From a virus (Duplodnaviria; Caudoviricetes): DNA of 39,339 bases. Position 1 is the stretch's first letter; each line of letters opens with the position of its first letter. The translations under genes were made by a program, and so were the position numbers. Below the pieces are notes generated by a model. That model did not search any database. It saw nothing but the letters and a program-made list of their open reading frames with translations, and had not been told where the DNA came from. Positions 24,524-34,175 of the stretch are shown here, piece by piece. The DNA lies in IMG/VR virus record IMGVR_UViG_3300048837_000792, positions 1 through 39,339 of that record. One strand, given 5' to 3'.

Positions 24524-25185
24524 ATTTTCCCGCTCCTTATTTCAAAATCGCTGGTTATTAGCTTGTGAGTGTCGTTTTTAACCTGCGGATCTTTCCTAAT
24601 CCTGCTTCCAGACTGTTGTCGGTAGTATAGGAGGGTGTTCGCCTTATTAAACCTAAACCCGTCTGCCATGGCTCTGATCCAAAAATCCCAATCTTCGAAC
24701 AAGGGTAGTTCTTTGAAGCCGCCCAGTTTTTCATAGACGGTTCGCCTCATCATTGAGGTAACGGGAATACTCATTTTATGAGCCAGCAAGTCTCTTGCCC
24801 CAAGCTTCTTCGGGTTTTCTATTAGTTGGTTTTGTACCTCTCCGAACAACAAAAGGTCGGGATAAACAATGTCTGACTTAGCAATCACCTTGCCACATTG
24901 CTGAATAAAGTCGGGAGCTAATTTGTCGTCTGCATCCACAAAAAGTATTAATTCTCCCTTGCTCATTTTAACCCCAATGTCTCTTGCGAAAGCAACTCCT
25001 CGGTTTTTATTAAGCACTATTGAGAGACAGGCTTTGTGAGTTGGTCGTAAGTTAGAGCCGTCGTCTACAAAGATGATTTCTCTAGGCAGCACCGTTTGAG
25101 CGAGTATGGATGTTATGCACTCTTCAATTTGCTCGGTAGGCTTATTGTAGTTTGTAACGATTACACTAAGAAGATCTGTTTTCAT
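24487..25185 (-). CDS. glycosyltransferase family 2
   Basis: SVIVTNYN, EIIFVDDGS, NRGVAFARD.G, LFVDADD, LGGF, EDWDFWIR, YYRQ. Confidence 0.92.
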   Translation of the reverse strand: MKTDLLSVIVTNYNKPTEQIEECITSILAQTVLPREIIFVDDGSNLRPTHKACLSIVLNKNRGVAFARDIGVKMSKGELILFVDADDKLAPDFIQQCGKVIAKSDIVYPDLLLFGEVQNQLIENPKKLGARDLLAHKMSIPVTSMMRRTVYEKLGGFKELPLFEDWDFWIRAMADGFRFNKANTLLYYRQQSGSRIRKDPQVKNDTHKLITSDFEIRSGKICRKENMPKKTH

Positions 25186-25367
25186 TATTTCTTTTCTGGT
25201 GCGTCCAATCCTGTTTTTCTCCTACTGAGTTCGGAAAGTTTTCGGTTCATTTCAATTTGTCTCTCTTTCATCGAGCTCATATCTTCCACCAACAGGTGCA
25301 GGTATTCCCAGACATCCATCATAAGCTCTCGCTCACTTTTGTTAAAAAGTAATTTGGTATAACTCAT
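25185..25367 (-). CDS. small coiled-coil hypothetical protein
   Basis: Coupled between TerL and GT2; AAGGAG RBS. Confidence 0.6.
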   Translation of the reverse strand: MSYTKLLFNKSERELMMDVWEYLHLLVEDMSSMKERQIEMNRKLSELSRRKTGLDAPEKK

Positions 25368-25368
25368 A

Positions 25369-26964
25369 CTATCTCCTTCTGCCTAAATTGGCGTGTTTAC
25401 TAATGTTCAATCTTGATGTTAAAAATCGTCCAGAACTTTCTCTGGCTGGCTCTTTTGGAGTTTCAACATTGAAGCTCCTCATGTTTACAAAAAAGAACTC
25501 GGCAGCGGTTCCAACATGGCTAGAGTTATTATGGACTGGCTTTCTAAAGGTAGCGGTTGTTTCGTGGTCTTCATCCCAGGTTTTCCACCTAAACTGCTTC
25601 CAAAGGTCAAGGGTAGAGTAATTCCTCTCGTTTTCGTTCACCTCAATCCCAGACTTCAGATACATCTTAGTGGTCTTCACGCGGTATTCTATTGAGTTGT
25701 CCTTAGTATAGGTGTGGACATAAATCCCGATTTCTCCAAGCTTGTCGTGGTCAGACTTCTTTTCAGCGTTGCCAGACCGCTTCATAATGCTTGGGTCGCC
25801 AAAATGAGTCGCCTTGGGCAGTTTGCTTATTTCTTCAAAGGCAGCTCTCTGATCTTGGGAGTAGTCAAACATAGAACTAATCGGATTGTTGAATAGCGGA
25901 AAGTAATACTCTATCGGCTCATCTTCGTGTAGAAAGCTATCTATTAATCGGTACTTGCCATTCAAAGGATTCTGTTGCCACCAAAGGAACACAGTGCCAT
26001 CAAGACCATAGTCGCCAGAAACATAGAGTGGCTGATTAACAATGAACGGGAACTTGCCGTAGTCTGCCTGGTCAAGCTCGGTGTAGATACGACCCTTAAC
26101 AGCCAGACCCCAGTCCATCATAATTTCTCTATTAAAGTCATCCTCAGAAGAGTCGTCTTTTTCTTTTGCTAACCACTTAGCTGTTTTCTCTGGATGTAGG
26201 TGCCAAGGGATTTCTATGACCTTAATCTTTTCTCCGTCTAATCCAAACCTCAGCCTCTTTGCCTTACTAGGCTTGCTTCCTGGAGTTGTTACTACAATGC
26301 GACACCTAGTGGTGTGCCTAGCACCGCCCCATGCTGAATAAGCGTTTTCAAAGAAAGCAAACTCGTCAAAGAAAATAACTGTCTTACGAGCACCCCTACC
26401 AAAGTCGCCAGTACTGCTTTCACCTTCTATGGAATTATTGTTTTCTGGGTTATTGAGCTGTAGGAATGGGAAGTGTTTTCTCTCATCAAATCCGACTGGC
26501 AGCATAAAGGCAGGAAGCCTTTCAAGCATATAACCGAGCTTGGAGAACAAGCTAGAGTCGTTACTACCAACAAAGCCGCCCTTTCTGTTGTCAACCATTG
26601 CCTCTTTGCGAGACCCAATCATTGCGGTAAACCCAGGTCTAAAAAGCCAGAACCACAGGAACACTCCGAGCATTACATAAGTCACGCCCATTTCTCTAGT
26701 CTTATCTATGAAAAGGTCGTTCTGCTCCCCAGTTCTCCATGCTTTCTCTATATTAAGCACTATGTCTCTGATTAGTCGCTTCTGATAGTTATATGTCTTA
26801 AAAGGGATGTCTGTCGGGTTTTTTTTGGGATTGTAGATTCTAAGGAAGTTGTCGAAGAAAAACACTGGGTCTGTTTTGCACTTTTCCTTCATTTGTTGGA
26901 AAGCTGTTTCCAGCTTTAACATATCCTGTTTGGTCAAGTTTGCTGTTGGGGAGGCTTCATTCAT
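25369..26964 (-). CDS. terL: terminase large subunit
   Basis: PFKTYNYQ (Q motif), DKTREMGVT (Walker A), GRGAR..VIFFDEFAF (Walker B), VTTP coupling motif, SGDYG and GDPS nuclease motifs. Start reassigned to the ATG at 26964. Confidence 0.9.
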   Translation of the reverse strand: MNEASPTANLTKQDMLKLETAFQQMKEKCKTDPVFFFDNFLRIYNPKKNPTDIPFKTYNYQKRLIRDIVLNIEKAWRTGEQNDLFIDKTREMGVTYVMLGVFLWFWLFRPGFTAMIGSRKEAMVDNRKGGFVGSNDSSLFSKLGYMLERLPAFMLPVGFDERKHFPFLQLNNPENNNSIEGESSTGDFGRGARKTVIFFDEFAFFENAYSAWGGARHTTRCRIVVTTPGSKPSKAKRLRFGLDGEKIKVIEIPWHLHPEKTAKWLAKEKDDSSEDDFNREIMMDWGLAVKGRIYTELDQADYGKFPFIVNQPLYVSGDYGLDGTVFLWWQQNPLNGKYRLIDSFLHEDEPIEYYFPLFNNPISSMFDYSQDQRAAFEEISKLPKATHFGDPSIMKRSGNAEKKSDHDKLGEIGIYVHTYTKDNSIEYRVKTTKMYLKSGIEVNENERNYSTLDLWKQFRWKTWDEDHETTATFRKPVHNNSSHVGTAAEFFFVNMRSFNVETPKEPARESSGRFLTSRLNISKHANLGRRR

Positions 26965-27100
26965 AGTGCAATCGTTACACAGACCATTACATTTATGCCC
27001 AATATTATCATAGACTGTCTTTAAGTACAAATAACCACTTTCAGATTTTCGGGGTGCATCGAACCTCGTCATATAAATCGTTAGAGGAAGAAAGGGATAT

Positions 27101-27916
27101 ATGGATGAGCAGTCACAGCTTGACACTCAAGTTGAAGAAACCGAGGAGTTAGATCAGTCTGAGGAATCAGAAGAACTAAACCAAGGTGAAGAATCAGACC
27201 AAGACGGGGAATCGCAAGACCCCCAGGAAGGTCAGGGGGAATTAACAGAAAAGGGAACTCGCTTAGACCCAGACGAAAAGACAGCCCTTCATCAGCAACT
27301 CGCTAATGAAAGACGCGCTCGAATGGACACTGAGGAAAGAGCACTGAGAATCCTTGAGGCTTACCAAAAGACTCAGGAGCCTCAGAAACCCAAAGAAGAA
27401 GATAAACCTCTAATTGATGTATCAAGGTTGGAAAATGCGGAAGACGTTAGAAACGCATTTGCTCAAGCTGAGAAGGTCATTCGTTCGTACAAAGACGAGC
27501 TAGACACCATAAAGGGTCAACTTGGTCAATCAACTAATTTTATTCAGGAGAACGAGAACTACTCAAGACTCCAGAGTGAAATTACATCCGTCAGGAGTAT
27601 GCCAGAGCTACAGCCAGGTAGCCCCAAGTATTCAGAACACTTGGAACAGAGAATACACGATGGGTATAAAAAGATAGCCTATGACCAATATGGAAGACTA
27701 CAGCTCAACAGACCTTCGCTAGAAGACTATGCTTCTAACCTGGTTGAGACATTTCGCCTCGCTCAAAAAGCAGGCAGCTCTCAAGCACAGAAAAGAGTAG
27801 TCCAAAAGACGATGGGACGATCAAATAGTAATAATAAAAGAGTGACTACCGATTCTACAGAAGGACTTTCTCCAACAGAAAGACTAGAAGTTGAAATGGA
27901 AAAACTCGGTTTTTAA
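27101..27916 (+). CDS. capsid scaffolding protein
   Basis: Acidic N-terminus, coiled coil, directly upstream of the capsid gene. Confidence 0.75.
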   Translation: MDEQSQLDTQVEETEELDQSEESEELNQGEESDQDGESQDPQEGQGELTEKGTRLDPDEKTALHQQLANERRARMDTEERALRILEAYQKTQEPQKPKEEDKPLIDVSRLENAEDVRNAFAQAEKVIRSYKDELDTIKGQLGQSTNFIQENENYSRLQSEITSVRSMPELQPGSPKYSEHLEQRIHDGYKKIAYDQYGRLQLNRPSLEDYASNLVETFRLAQKAGSSQAQKRVVQKTMGRSNSNNKRVTTDSTEGLSPTERLEVEMEKLGF

Positions 27917-27931
27917 TAGAAAAGGACAAAA

Positions 27932-29089
27932 ATGCCAGGCGCAATGTATGGTCAAAGAAATACGACCAGTGCTAGGGACTCTGATCTTTATCTCAATATT
28001 GAGAAAAATGTCAAAGATTTTCCCGACTATCGTCGAGAGGTTATCAAACGCCTAGACGGTGGTGTATTTGAAGATGAGGTTAAATCTCATAAGTATGAAT
28101 GGTCAGCAGCTCGAAAACGCCCAATGAAGGCAGCTCTTGCAGAAGCCTATACTTCTGGAACTTCCTTAGTTGTAGATGAACCAGGAGTTTTCAATGTTGA
28201 TGATGTTATTTCGGTAGGCGGAGAACAGGCTCGCGTTACCCAAGTTGTCGGTGGTGTTGAAGTTATCTTCGCAGCACTCAGTGGTGAAACAATCCCTGCT
28301 TCTGATGTAGGAGCTGTAGTTAGCATCGTATCTGGTGGTACTCCACACGGTAAAGACGCTGACCCAGGTCTGTTCTCAGGGCATGAGGATTTGTACAACT
28401 ATGTTGGCAACTTTGAGGCAACAGTGTTTGTTTCTTCAACCGATAATGCTTCAACCATTCGTGGTCGAAAGAAAGCAAGCAAGCTCGTTGTTGATGAACA
28501 GATGTATCTGACTCAAAAACTGCAAAGAGCAATCGTTTCTGGTAAAAGAGGTAAAGACAGTGTTAATGACATCACCTACATGGGTGGTATCTTAAACCTG
28601 ATCGACCTCTATGCTCCAGAAAACAAGTTGGACTTTGGTGGAGCTGCTACATGGCAGGGTTCAACTGCTGACAGAGTTATTCAAGACAAACTTGACGCTG
28701 CTTTTGCAACGATCTCTGAGAAGGCTTTCAAGAAACCTGTAATGTGGGTTGGACCAGGCTTTATGAGCAGATTCAAACATATTCAGAATGACCGAACCTA
28801 CACAACTTCCGCACCAAGCGGAACTCGAGGAGTTGGTGTGGTACGCAAGTACGATACTCATGTTTTCGGTGAAATTGATGTTGTGCAGTTGATGGGTCTT
28901 GATGATGTGATGAATGACACAATTATCATCACTGATGAGTCTGACATCGGCTACAAGCCTTTGATTGGTTGGAGGACATATCCTCTGGCTAAATCAGGTC
29001 AGTCGTACAAATGGCAAGTAGAAGGACTTTACACATTCAAAATGGGTATTCCTGAAGCTCATGTGTACTTCCACAACCTCGGTTTGTAA
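27932..29089 (+). CDS. major capsid protein (SU10/DUF5309-like, HK97 fold)
   Basis: K.EW, YNY...F...V.VS, MGGIL, YDT.FG.I.V, G.YT; followed by a terminator. Confidence 0.85.
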   Translation: MPGAMYGQRNTTSARDSDLYLNIEKNVKDFPDYRREVIKRLDGGVFEDEVKSHKYEWSAARKRPMKAALAEAYTSGTSLVVDEPGVFNVDDVISVGGEQARVTQVVGGVEVIFAALSGETIPASDVGAVVSIVSGGTPHGKDADPGLFSGHEDLYNYVGNFEATVFVSSTDNASTIRGRKKASKLVVDEQMYLTQKLQRAIVSGKRGKDSVNDITYMGGILNLIDLYAPENKLDFGGAATWQGSTADRVIQDKLDAAFATISEKAFKKPVMWVGPGFMSRFKHIQNDRTYTTSAPSGTRGVGVVRKYDTHVFGEIDVVQLMGLDDVMNDTIIITDESDIGYKPLIGWRTYPLAKSGQSYKWQVEGLYTFKMGIPEAHVYFHNLGL

Positions 29090-29113
29090 ATAAGCTAGAC
29101 AAGTGAAAACTTT

Positions 29114-29140
29114 AGCCCCTCTTTAATCGGAGGGGCTTTT
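29114..29140 (+). terminator. intrinsic terminator after capsid gene
   Basis: AGCCCCTC-loop-GAGGGGCT followed by TTT. Confidence 0.8.
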
Positions 29141-29204
29141 GTATTACATTTAATCAACCAATTATTTACAATAAGGGTATTAGTAAGATACGAAAGGAAT
29201 TATC

Positions 29205-29360
29205 ATGCCAACTACAGCAGGTGTAACCAGCTTCGTTATGGGCAGATCAGCAGATGGCAATCGACACATGGTCACTTTGAAAAGTGGCGTTGAGTACGAT
29301 TTAGATCCAGCAACGATCCAATACGAGACGACTGAAACTAAATTCCCAACTTCTGTTTAA
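29205..29360 (+). CDS. small protein (51 aa, MPTTAGVTSFVMGRSADGNRHMVTLKSGVEY...), possible capsid decoration protein
   Basis: Hand translation; GAAAGGA RBS; flanked by its own promoter and terminator. Confidence 0.65.
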   Translation: MPTTAGVTSFVMGRSADGNRHMVTLKSGVEYDLDPATIQYETTETKFPTSV

Positions 29361-29373
29361 TCAGATTGGAATT

Positions 29374-29407
29374 AAAAGGGAGGGGTCAGAAATGGCTCCT
29401 CTTTTTT
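29374..29407 (+). terminator. intrinsic terminator
   Basis: GGGAGGGGTCA-GAAA-TGGCTCCTC followed by TTTTTT. Confidence 0.85.
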
Positions 29408-29454
29408 GTTGTGCAATCATTACAAAAGTTGAATTAACCTCATAGAATGATGAT

Positions 29455-30156
29455 ATGCGTGAAACAAATCAAGTTATAAGAACTATGGGCGATGTAATGA
29501 GATATGTGATGGCTCCGTCAGCAGGAGGAACTGTCCCTGGAAGTAATGAAGAAGAGTACGCCCAGTGGGTGTCTTGGATTCAACAAAAGCAAGAAGAGTA
29601 CGCTGTCAGAGGATTCTGGCTTCGACTCTTGACCAGAGAAACCATTTCCATTGCTGGCGACACCACTGTTTTGCCAGACAGGTTTCACAAACCCAACGGT
29701 CTTTATATTTTAGAGGTTCCAGATCCTAATGGGGACGAGCCAATTAACTACGCTGACCCAGACGACCCACAAGTTAGTGTTGAGATGATTAGTGATCCTG
29801 AAGACGAGGACTTTGGTAAATGGCAGATGCGTTTTAAGGAAACACAGGAGACTGCTACGGCAACCATGTGGTATTTCGCAGCACCGCCAGTCCCAGAAGT
29901 AGAGTCTGACATTATCCTCTTACCAGGAGACATGGTTGGTTTTGCAGCTCTGGGCGAATACTTCAGGTCTGCTGGCGAAGACGGAAGCCAAGACAAAGCT
30001 GAAACCGATGCAGAAAACAGATTTCAAGAATACCTGACCTTAGAGCAGATCCCAGAAAGATCCAAGCTTTTAACAGTTAGTCAGAAAAGAACCGACAGAG
30101 TTAGGTACTTAAAGAATTTCTACTTTAGAAGAGATAGATTCTACAGGGGGAATTAA
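29455..30156 (+). CDS. head-tail adaptor (T7 gp11 / P22 gp4-like)
   Basis: Position after capsid; W..L.....I.......LP..F and WYF..P...D...LP motifs. Confidence 0.65.
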   Translation: MRETNQVIRTMGDVMRYVMAPSAGGTVPGSNEEEYAQWVSWIQQKQEEYAVRGFWLRLLTRETISIAGDTTVLPDRFHKPNGLYILEVPDPNGDEPINYADPDDPQVSVEMISDPEDEDFGKWQMRFKETQETATATMWYFAAPPVPEVESDIILLPGDMVGFAALGEYFRSAGEDGSQDKAETDAENRFQEYLTLEQIPERSKLLTVSQKRTDRVRYLKNFYFRRDRFYRGN

Positions 30157-32216
30157 TGTTCACCAAAAAGCCGCGTCGTCCTAATCCTCCTCGAAAAAAG
30201 GCTGGGAGCAAGGGTTGGAAAGAGGGACTGAACACGCTACCCCATCCATCAATGGCTAAAGACTCGGAGCTCACCGAGTTCATCAATGGTGTTTATACCC
30301 AGTATGGAACTCTCTCCAAGAGGCTTGGAACTACCATTATTGGCAATACCGCCGATGATGCCACCAAGATCAAAACAATAAAGTCTATATATAATATAGG
30401 AGACCCCAAACACTTCAGGATTTCAGACAATGGCAAGCCAGAGGTCTATTCGTTTGCTAATCAAGTTTGGACTCCGTTCACTGGCACCGCCCCAGACGGG
30501 TATGTTGGAACCACACCAGAGTTTGTTGACGGCACACCTATTTTTGATGGAGATGTCAAAACACACATTGTCCCCCTTGCAGACTCGGTTTACTTCCTCA
30601 ATGCAAGCGACCAAATGGTGTTTTGGAGAGACAATCAGTGGTATGTGTATGAACCACTAGATGATGTAGTTACCAAGCCAACTGTTGCTAAAACAGGAAG
30701 CGCCACGGGATCTACGACCTGGTTTTACTATGTGACCTACCACAATGATGTTGGCTCAACTCTGCCCACCCCATCAGCCGTTATTGGCACAGACTCTAAT
30801 GGAACTGGTCACTATACTGGTATGCCTATCGAGCTGGACGACGACACCTATCTTACGGTCACAATTCCTACTGCCCCAGCAGGAACCAAGCGAGTTAGCA
30901 TTTATAGATCTACCACGGCTAACATTGGATTCTGGCTAGAAGATGTTATTGGAACTTCGACATCCTATGTGGACAAGGGGCTAAAGCAGGGCGATACCTT
31001 CTTTGGCTTGCCCAAGATGAACGATACTGGTGGGCAGAAATTTGTTCATGTCGATGTGTTTCAAGACAAGCTCATTGGTAGAACCACAGAAGGTGGAAGC
31101 CAATATCTTTATTGGGCTGGACCTCCATACGAGAATCCTGCCAACGCCCCGTCCTTCTCTCCTATGTGGGGAGGCGGCTACATTCCATATAGACTGGGCG
31201 ACGGCGGTGAGGTTAGAGGAGTTCATGCCTTTGTTAGCAGCAACGAGAATAGTCTGCTAGTTTTCAAGGACTCTGCTTTTGGTCGCCTTACCTTTGTTGA
31301 GGGTGGCGCTGCCATCCAAGACATCAACATTGCCGTAGGCTCTCTCTCGCCCGAGTCCCTACATATCGCTGGCAACAACTTTAGGTTTTGGAGTAGAGAC
31401 GGAGCTTCCTCAGTCGGACACGAAGCCAACTATGGAAACCTGCTTCGGTACTCTGTTCTCTCTCTTAGGGCTGATGCTATTGCCAGACAACTGACCGCCA
31501 AAAACCTACCCGATGTTTGCGGTGTTTATTATAGAAACCTATCTATTTTTGGACTATCAACCCAGCAAGACCCTGGAAACAATGTTTGTTTAGTATATGA
31601 CGAGAGATACAACGCATGGGTATTGTGGACTAATATCTACGCCAATTCGTTTGCCAAGATGATTTCTGATGTTGATAAGATTGAGCGACTTTACTATGCC
31701 TCAGATAGAACCGCAGATGTTCTTGAGATGTTCTCTGGTAGGACAGACTATGGAACTACTGGCAGCAATGGAACGAAGATTACCCTAAGCATTACAACCA
31801 AACAGTACGACATGGGAAGCCCAGACGCTCTCAAGAAAATTGCCTTTGCTCGCTTTGTGTTTGGCAACTTGTTTGGCAGCAACACCTCTGTTGGTGTTTC
31901 CTATTCAAACATGAGGGGCGTACAGACACTTAGCCCTCGATTTAGAATCCCTAGCGAAATCAACTCTACTGGTTTTGGGAATGTGCTTTGGGGACAAGCT
32001 CTCATGGGCGGAGAAGAGAGTGAAGACATCTCGGCTCCAGACAACTCTAATGTACGGTTTATTAATTTGCGACAGCGTGATGTGTTTTGGGTTAAGTTCA
32101 ACATTCAAAATGACGGCATTACTGACGAGATGAGCTTGCTAGGACTTTATCTATATTACTCAGACTCATCACGACAGCTCGGACACGCACTGAGAATAAG
32201 GCAGGGAACTGTTTAA
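30156..32216 (+). CDS. tail nozzle / tail tubular protein B (T7 gp12 / P22 gp10-like)
   Basis: GLNT...N......GTLSKR.G N-terminus, beta-propeller character, LLVFK, VYD....W. Confidence 0.75.
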   Translation: MFTKKPRRPNPPRKKAGSKGWKEGLNTLPHPSMAKDSELTEFINGVYTQYGTLSKRLGTTIIGNTADDATKIKTIKSIYNIGDPKHFRISDNGKPEVYSFANQVWTPFTGTAPDGYVGTTPEFVDGTPIFDGDVKTHIVPLADSVYFLNASDQMVFWRDNQWYVYEPLDDVVTKPTVAKTGSATGSTTWFYYVTYHNDVGSTLPTPSAVIGTDSNGTGHYTGMPIELDDDTYLTVTIPTAPAGTKRVSIYRSTTANIGFWLEDVIGTSTSYVDKGLKQGDTFFGLPKMNDTGGQKFVHVDVFQDKLIGRTTEGGSQYLYWAGPPYENPANAPSFSPMWGGGYIPYRLGDGGEVRGVHAFVSSNENSLLVFKDSAFGRLTFVEGGAAIQDINIAVGSLSPESLHIAGNNFRFWSRDGASSVGHEANYGNLLRYSVLSLRADAIARQLTAKNLPDVCGVYYRNLSIFGLSTQQDPGNNVCLVYDERYNAWVLWTNIYANSFAKMISDVDKIERLYYASDRTADVLEMFSGRTDYGTTGSNGTKITLSITTKQYDMGSPDALKKIAFARFVFGNLFGSNTSVGVSYSNMRGVQTLSPRFRIPSEINSTGFGNVLWGQALMGGEESEDISAPDNSNVRFINLRQRDVFWVKFNIQNDGITDEMSLLGLYLYYSDSSRQLGHALRIRQGTV

Positions 32217-32253
32217 TCATTACAAACCAGAGATAAAAAAGGAATAATAGAAT

Positions 32254-33270
32254 ATGACATACAAGGCAAACGACGATTACAAAGCAGTTCTAAGGCAGAC
32301 TTGGATCGCTCCAGACACTACAACTATTCAGGTGACAGCGATTCCTACTAATTTGCCAACTATTGTTACCGCTAATCATAAGCAATCAACCCAGACCAAA
32401 TTTTCAGTTACAGGAGTTTCTGGCGACAGTCCTTCCAACTATGCGCTCACAGGCGTGACAGTTTTATCTGGAGGAACAGAAAACCTTGCAGAAGGAACCT
32501 CTCTCGTGTCAGTGGTCCACGAAGATTATTTCAACCAATATTCAAATGTTGTAAACGACGACTTTATTCGACTAGATGATAGAGCAGACGACCCAGACAC
32601 CCCCGCCTCAGGCAAAGTAATCTTCTTTATGAAGAACGACACACCGTTCTTTATTGATGATACTGGAACAGTTACTCAGCTCGGATTTAGCTCTCACGAA
32701 TGGATTGATGTAGCTGATGGTGCTACCATGAACTTTGATCTCTCTGAAGGTGTTAAGAAACTCAAGTTTTTAACAGGAGCCCTGGGAGGCAACAGAGCCT
32801 TTACTCTGAGCAACGCAACAGAGGGCATGGTCTTTATGATCAGAGTTAGGCAAGATGCAACTGGCTCTCGCACAGTTACTTGGTTCCCGACTGCCTCGGA
32901 CACAGTTACCATAACGATTGCCAACCCTGGTGTAATTACCACAACCCTTGATCTTAAAACAGGCACTCCAGTTATATTCACAACCACTGATACCCTGCCA
33001 ACAGGAATTACCGCAGGAACTACCTACTACTGGATTAAAACTTCTGCAACCACAGGCAATTTGGCTACTTCAAAAGCAAATGCTATTGCTGGCACTACAA
33101 TTACAACTTCTTCAACACAGGCTGGCACACACACGATGAAGCCACAAATCTTATGGGCTGATGGATCAGCTCCGACTCTTAGTACTGATAAATGGGCTTG
33201 GGATGACTTTGGCTTTACAGTACATGATGAGGGTCAAATAACAGGTGTAATAATAGGACAAAATATATAA
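32254..33270 (+). CDS. tail fibre / virion structural protein
   Basis: Thr-rich beta protein; QDATGSRTVTW...W..G.APTLST...D.FGF module common in phage fibres. Confidence 0.7.
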   Translation: MTYKANDDYKAVLRQTWIAPDTTTIQVTAIPTNLPTIVTANHKQSTQTKFSVTGVSGDSPSNYALTGVTVLSGGTENLAEGTSLVSVVHEDYFNQYSNVVNDDFIRLDDRADDPDTPASGKVIFFMKNDTPFFIDDTGTVTQLGFSSHEWIDVADGATMNFDLSEGVKKLKFLTGALGGNRAFTLSNATEGMVFMIRVRQDATGSRTVTWFPTASDTVTITIANPGVITTTLDLKTGTPVIFTTTDTLPTGITAGTTYYWIKTSATTGNLATSKANAIAGTTITTSSTQAGTHTMKPQILWADGSAPTLSTDKWAWDDFGFTVHDEGQITGVIIGQNI

Positions 33271-34175
33271 TGCCACAGGCTCAGGCTACTGGCGGAACAA
33301 TTACCTCAATAACGGTTAGTGGTAAGCCTTGGTTCGTTCATACGTTTACTTCTAGTGGAACGTTTACTCCTCTTAAAAAACTAAAGGTTGAATATTTAAT
33401 TGTTGGTGGTGGAGGCGGTGGTGGTCGTGATAAAGCAGAAGAATACGCAGGTGGTGGAGGTGGTGCTGGAAGACTTCTAACCAATGTGGGCGGAACTCTT
33501 TTAGAACTTGTTGAAGGTGCTGCACAAACTGTTACTATCGGTGCAGGAGGTGCTGCTAGAGGCTCTGGAGATAGTAATTACGGAAATGATGGTGCTAACT
33601 CTTCTTTTGGAGCAGGGTCTTTAATTGCTTTAGGTGGAGGTGGTGGAGGTGGAGCTAATTATAATAATGGTAGACCAGGTGGGTCGGGTAGTGGTGGTTC
33701 TGGAGATACTAGTTCTGGAACAAGACCTGGTGGAGCTAACGATGCAACTTATGGCGGACTCGGTTATGATGGAGGAACTGGAAATAGATCTAATTCTGGT
33801 GGTAGTCGGGTAGGAGGAGGTGGAGGAGGAGCTGGAGGAGTTGGAGGAAACGCTGAAGCTAACGGCACAAGAATTGGTGGAACTGGTGGAGCGGGAATTC
33901 AATCATCTATTACTGGAACACCCTTGTGGTATGCAGCGGGAGGAAGTGGTCCTGGTCAGAATGGATCTGGCGGATCAGTTAATGATATTGGAGGAGCGGG
34001 CGGTAATAATACAACTTCTGGAAGTGGCGTAGCTAATACTGGCTCAGGAGGAGGCGGACAACGAAGAAACCTTGGAGGTCCACAGAGTGCTTCTGGAGCT
34101 GGAGGTTCTGGAATAGTAATTGTGAGATATCAGTTTGTAAGTGTTGGTGGAGGATTTTTACTTAACATGCTTTAA
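33270..34175 (+). CDS. glycine-rich domain protein (putative receptor-binding/fibre tip)
   Basis: ATGG...HTFTSSGTF...VEYLIVGGGGGGG...YAAGG...NTGSGGGG...GGSGIVIVRY. Confidence 0.85.
   Translation: MPQAQATGGTITSITVSGKPWFVHTFTSSGTFTPLKKLKVEYLIVGGGGGGGRDKAEEYAGGGGGAGRLLTNVGGTLLELVEGAAQTVTIGAGGAARGSGDSNYGNDGANSSFGAGSLIALGGGGGGGANYNNGRPGGSGSGGSGDTSSGTRPGGANDATYGGLGYDGGTGNRSNSGGSRVGGGGGGAGGVGGNAEANGTRIGGTGGAGIQSSITGTPLWYAAGGSGPGQNGSGGSVNDIGGAGGNNTTSGSGVANTGSGGGGQRRNLGGPQSASGAGGSGIVIVRYQFVSVGGGFLLNML

Noticed and set aside
26965-27126. N-terminal extension of TerL
   Set aside because: It overlaps the scaffold start and divergent promoter region; the ATG at 26964 is more plausible.
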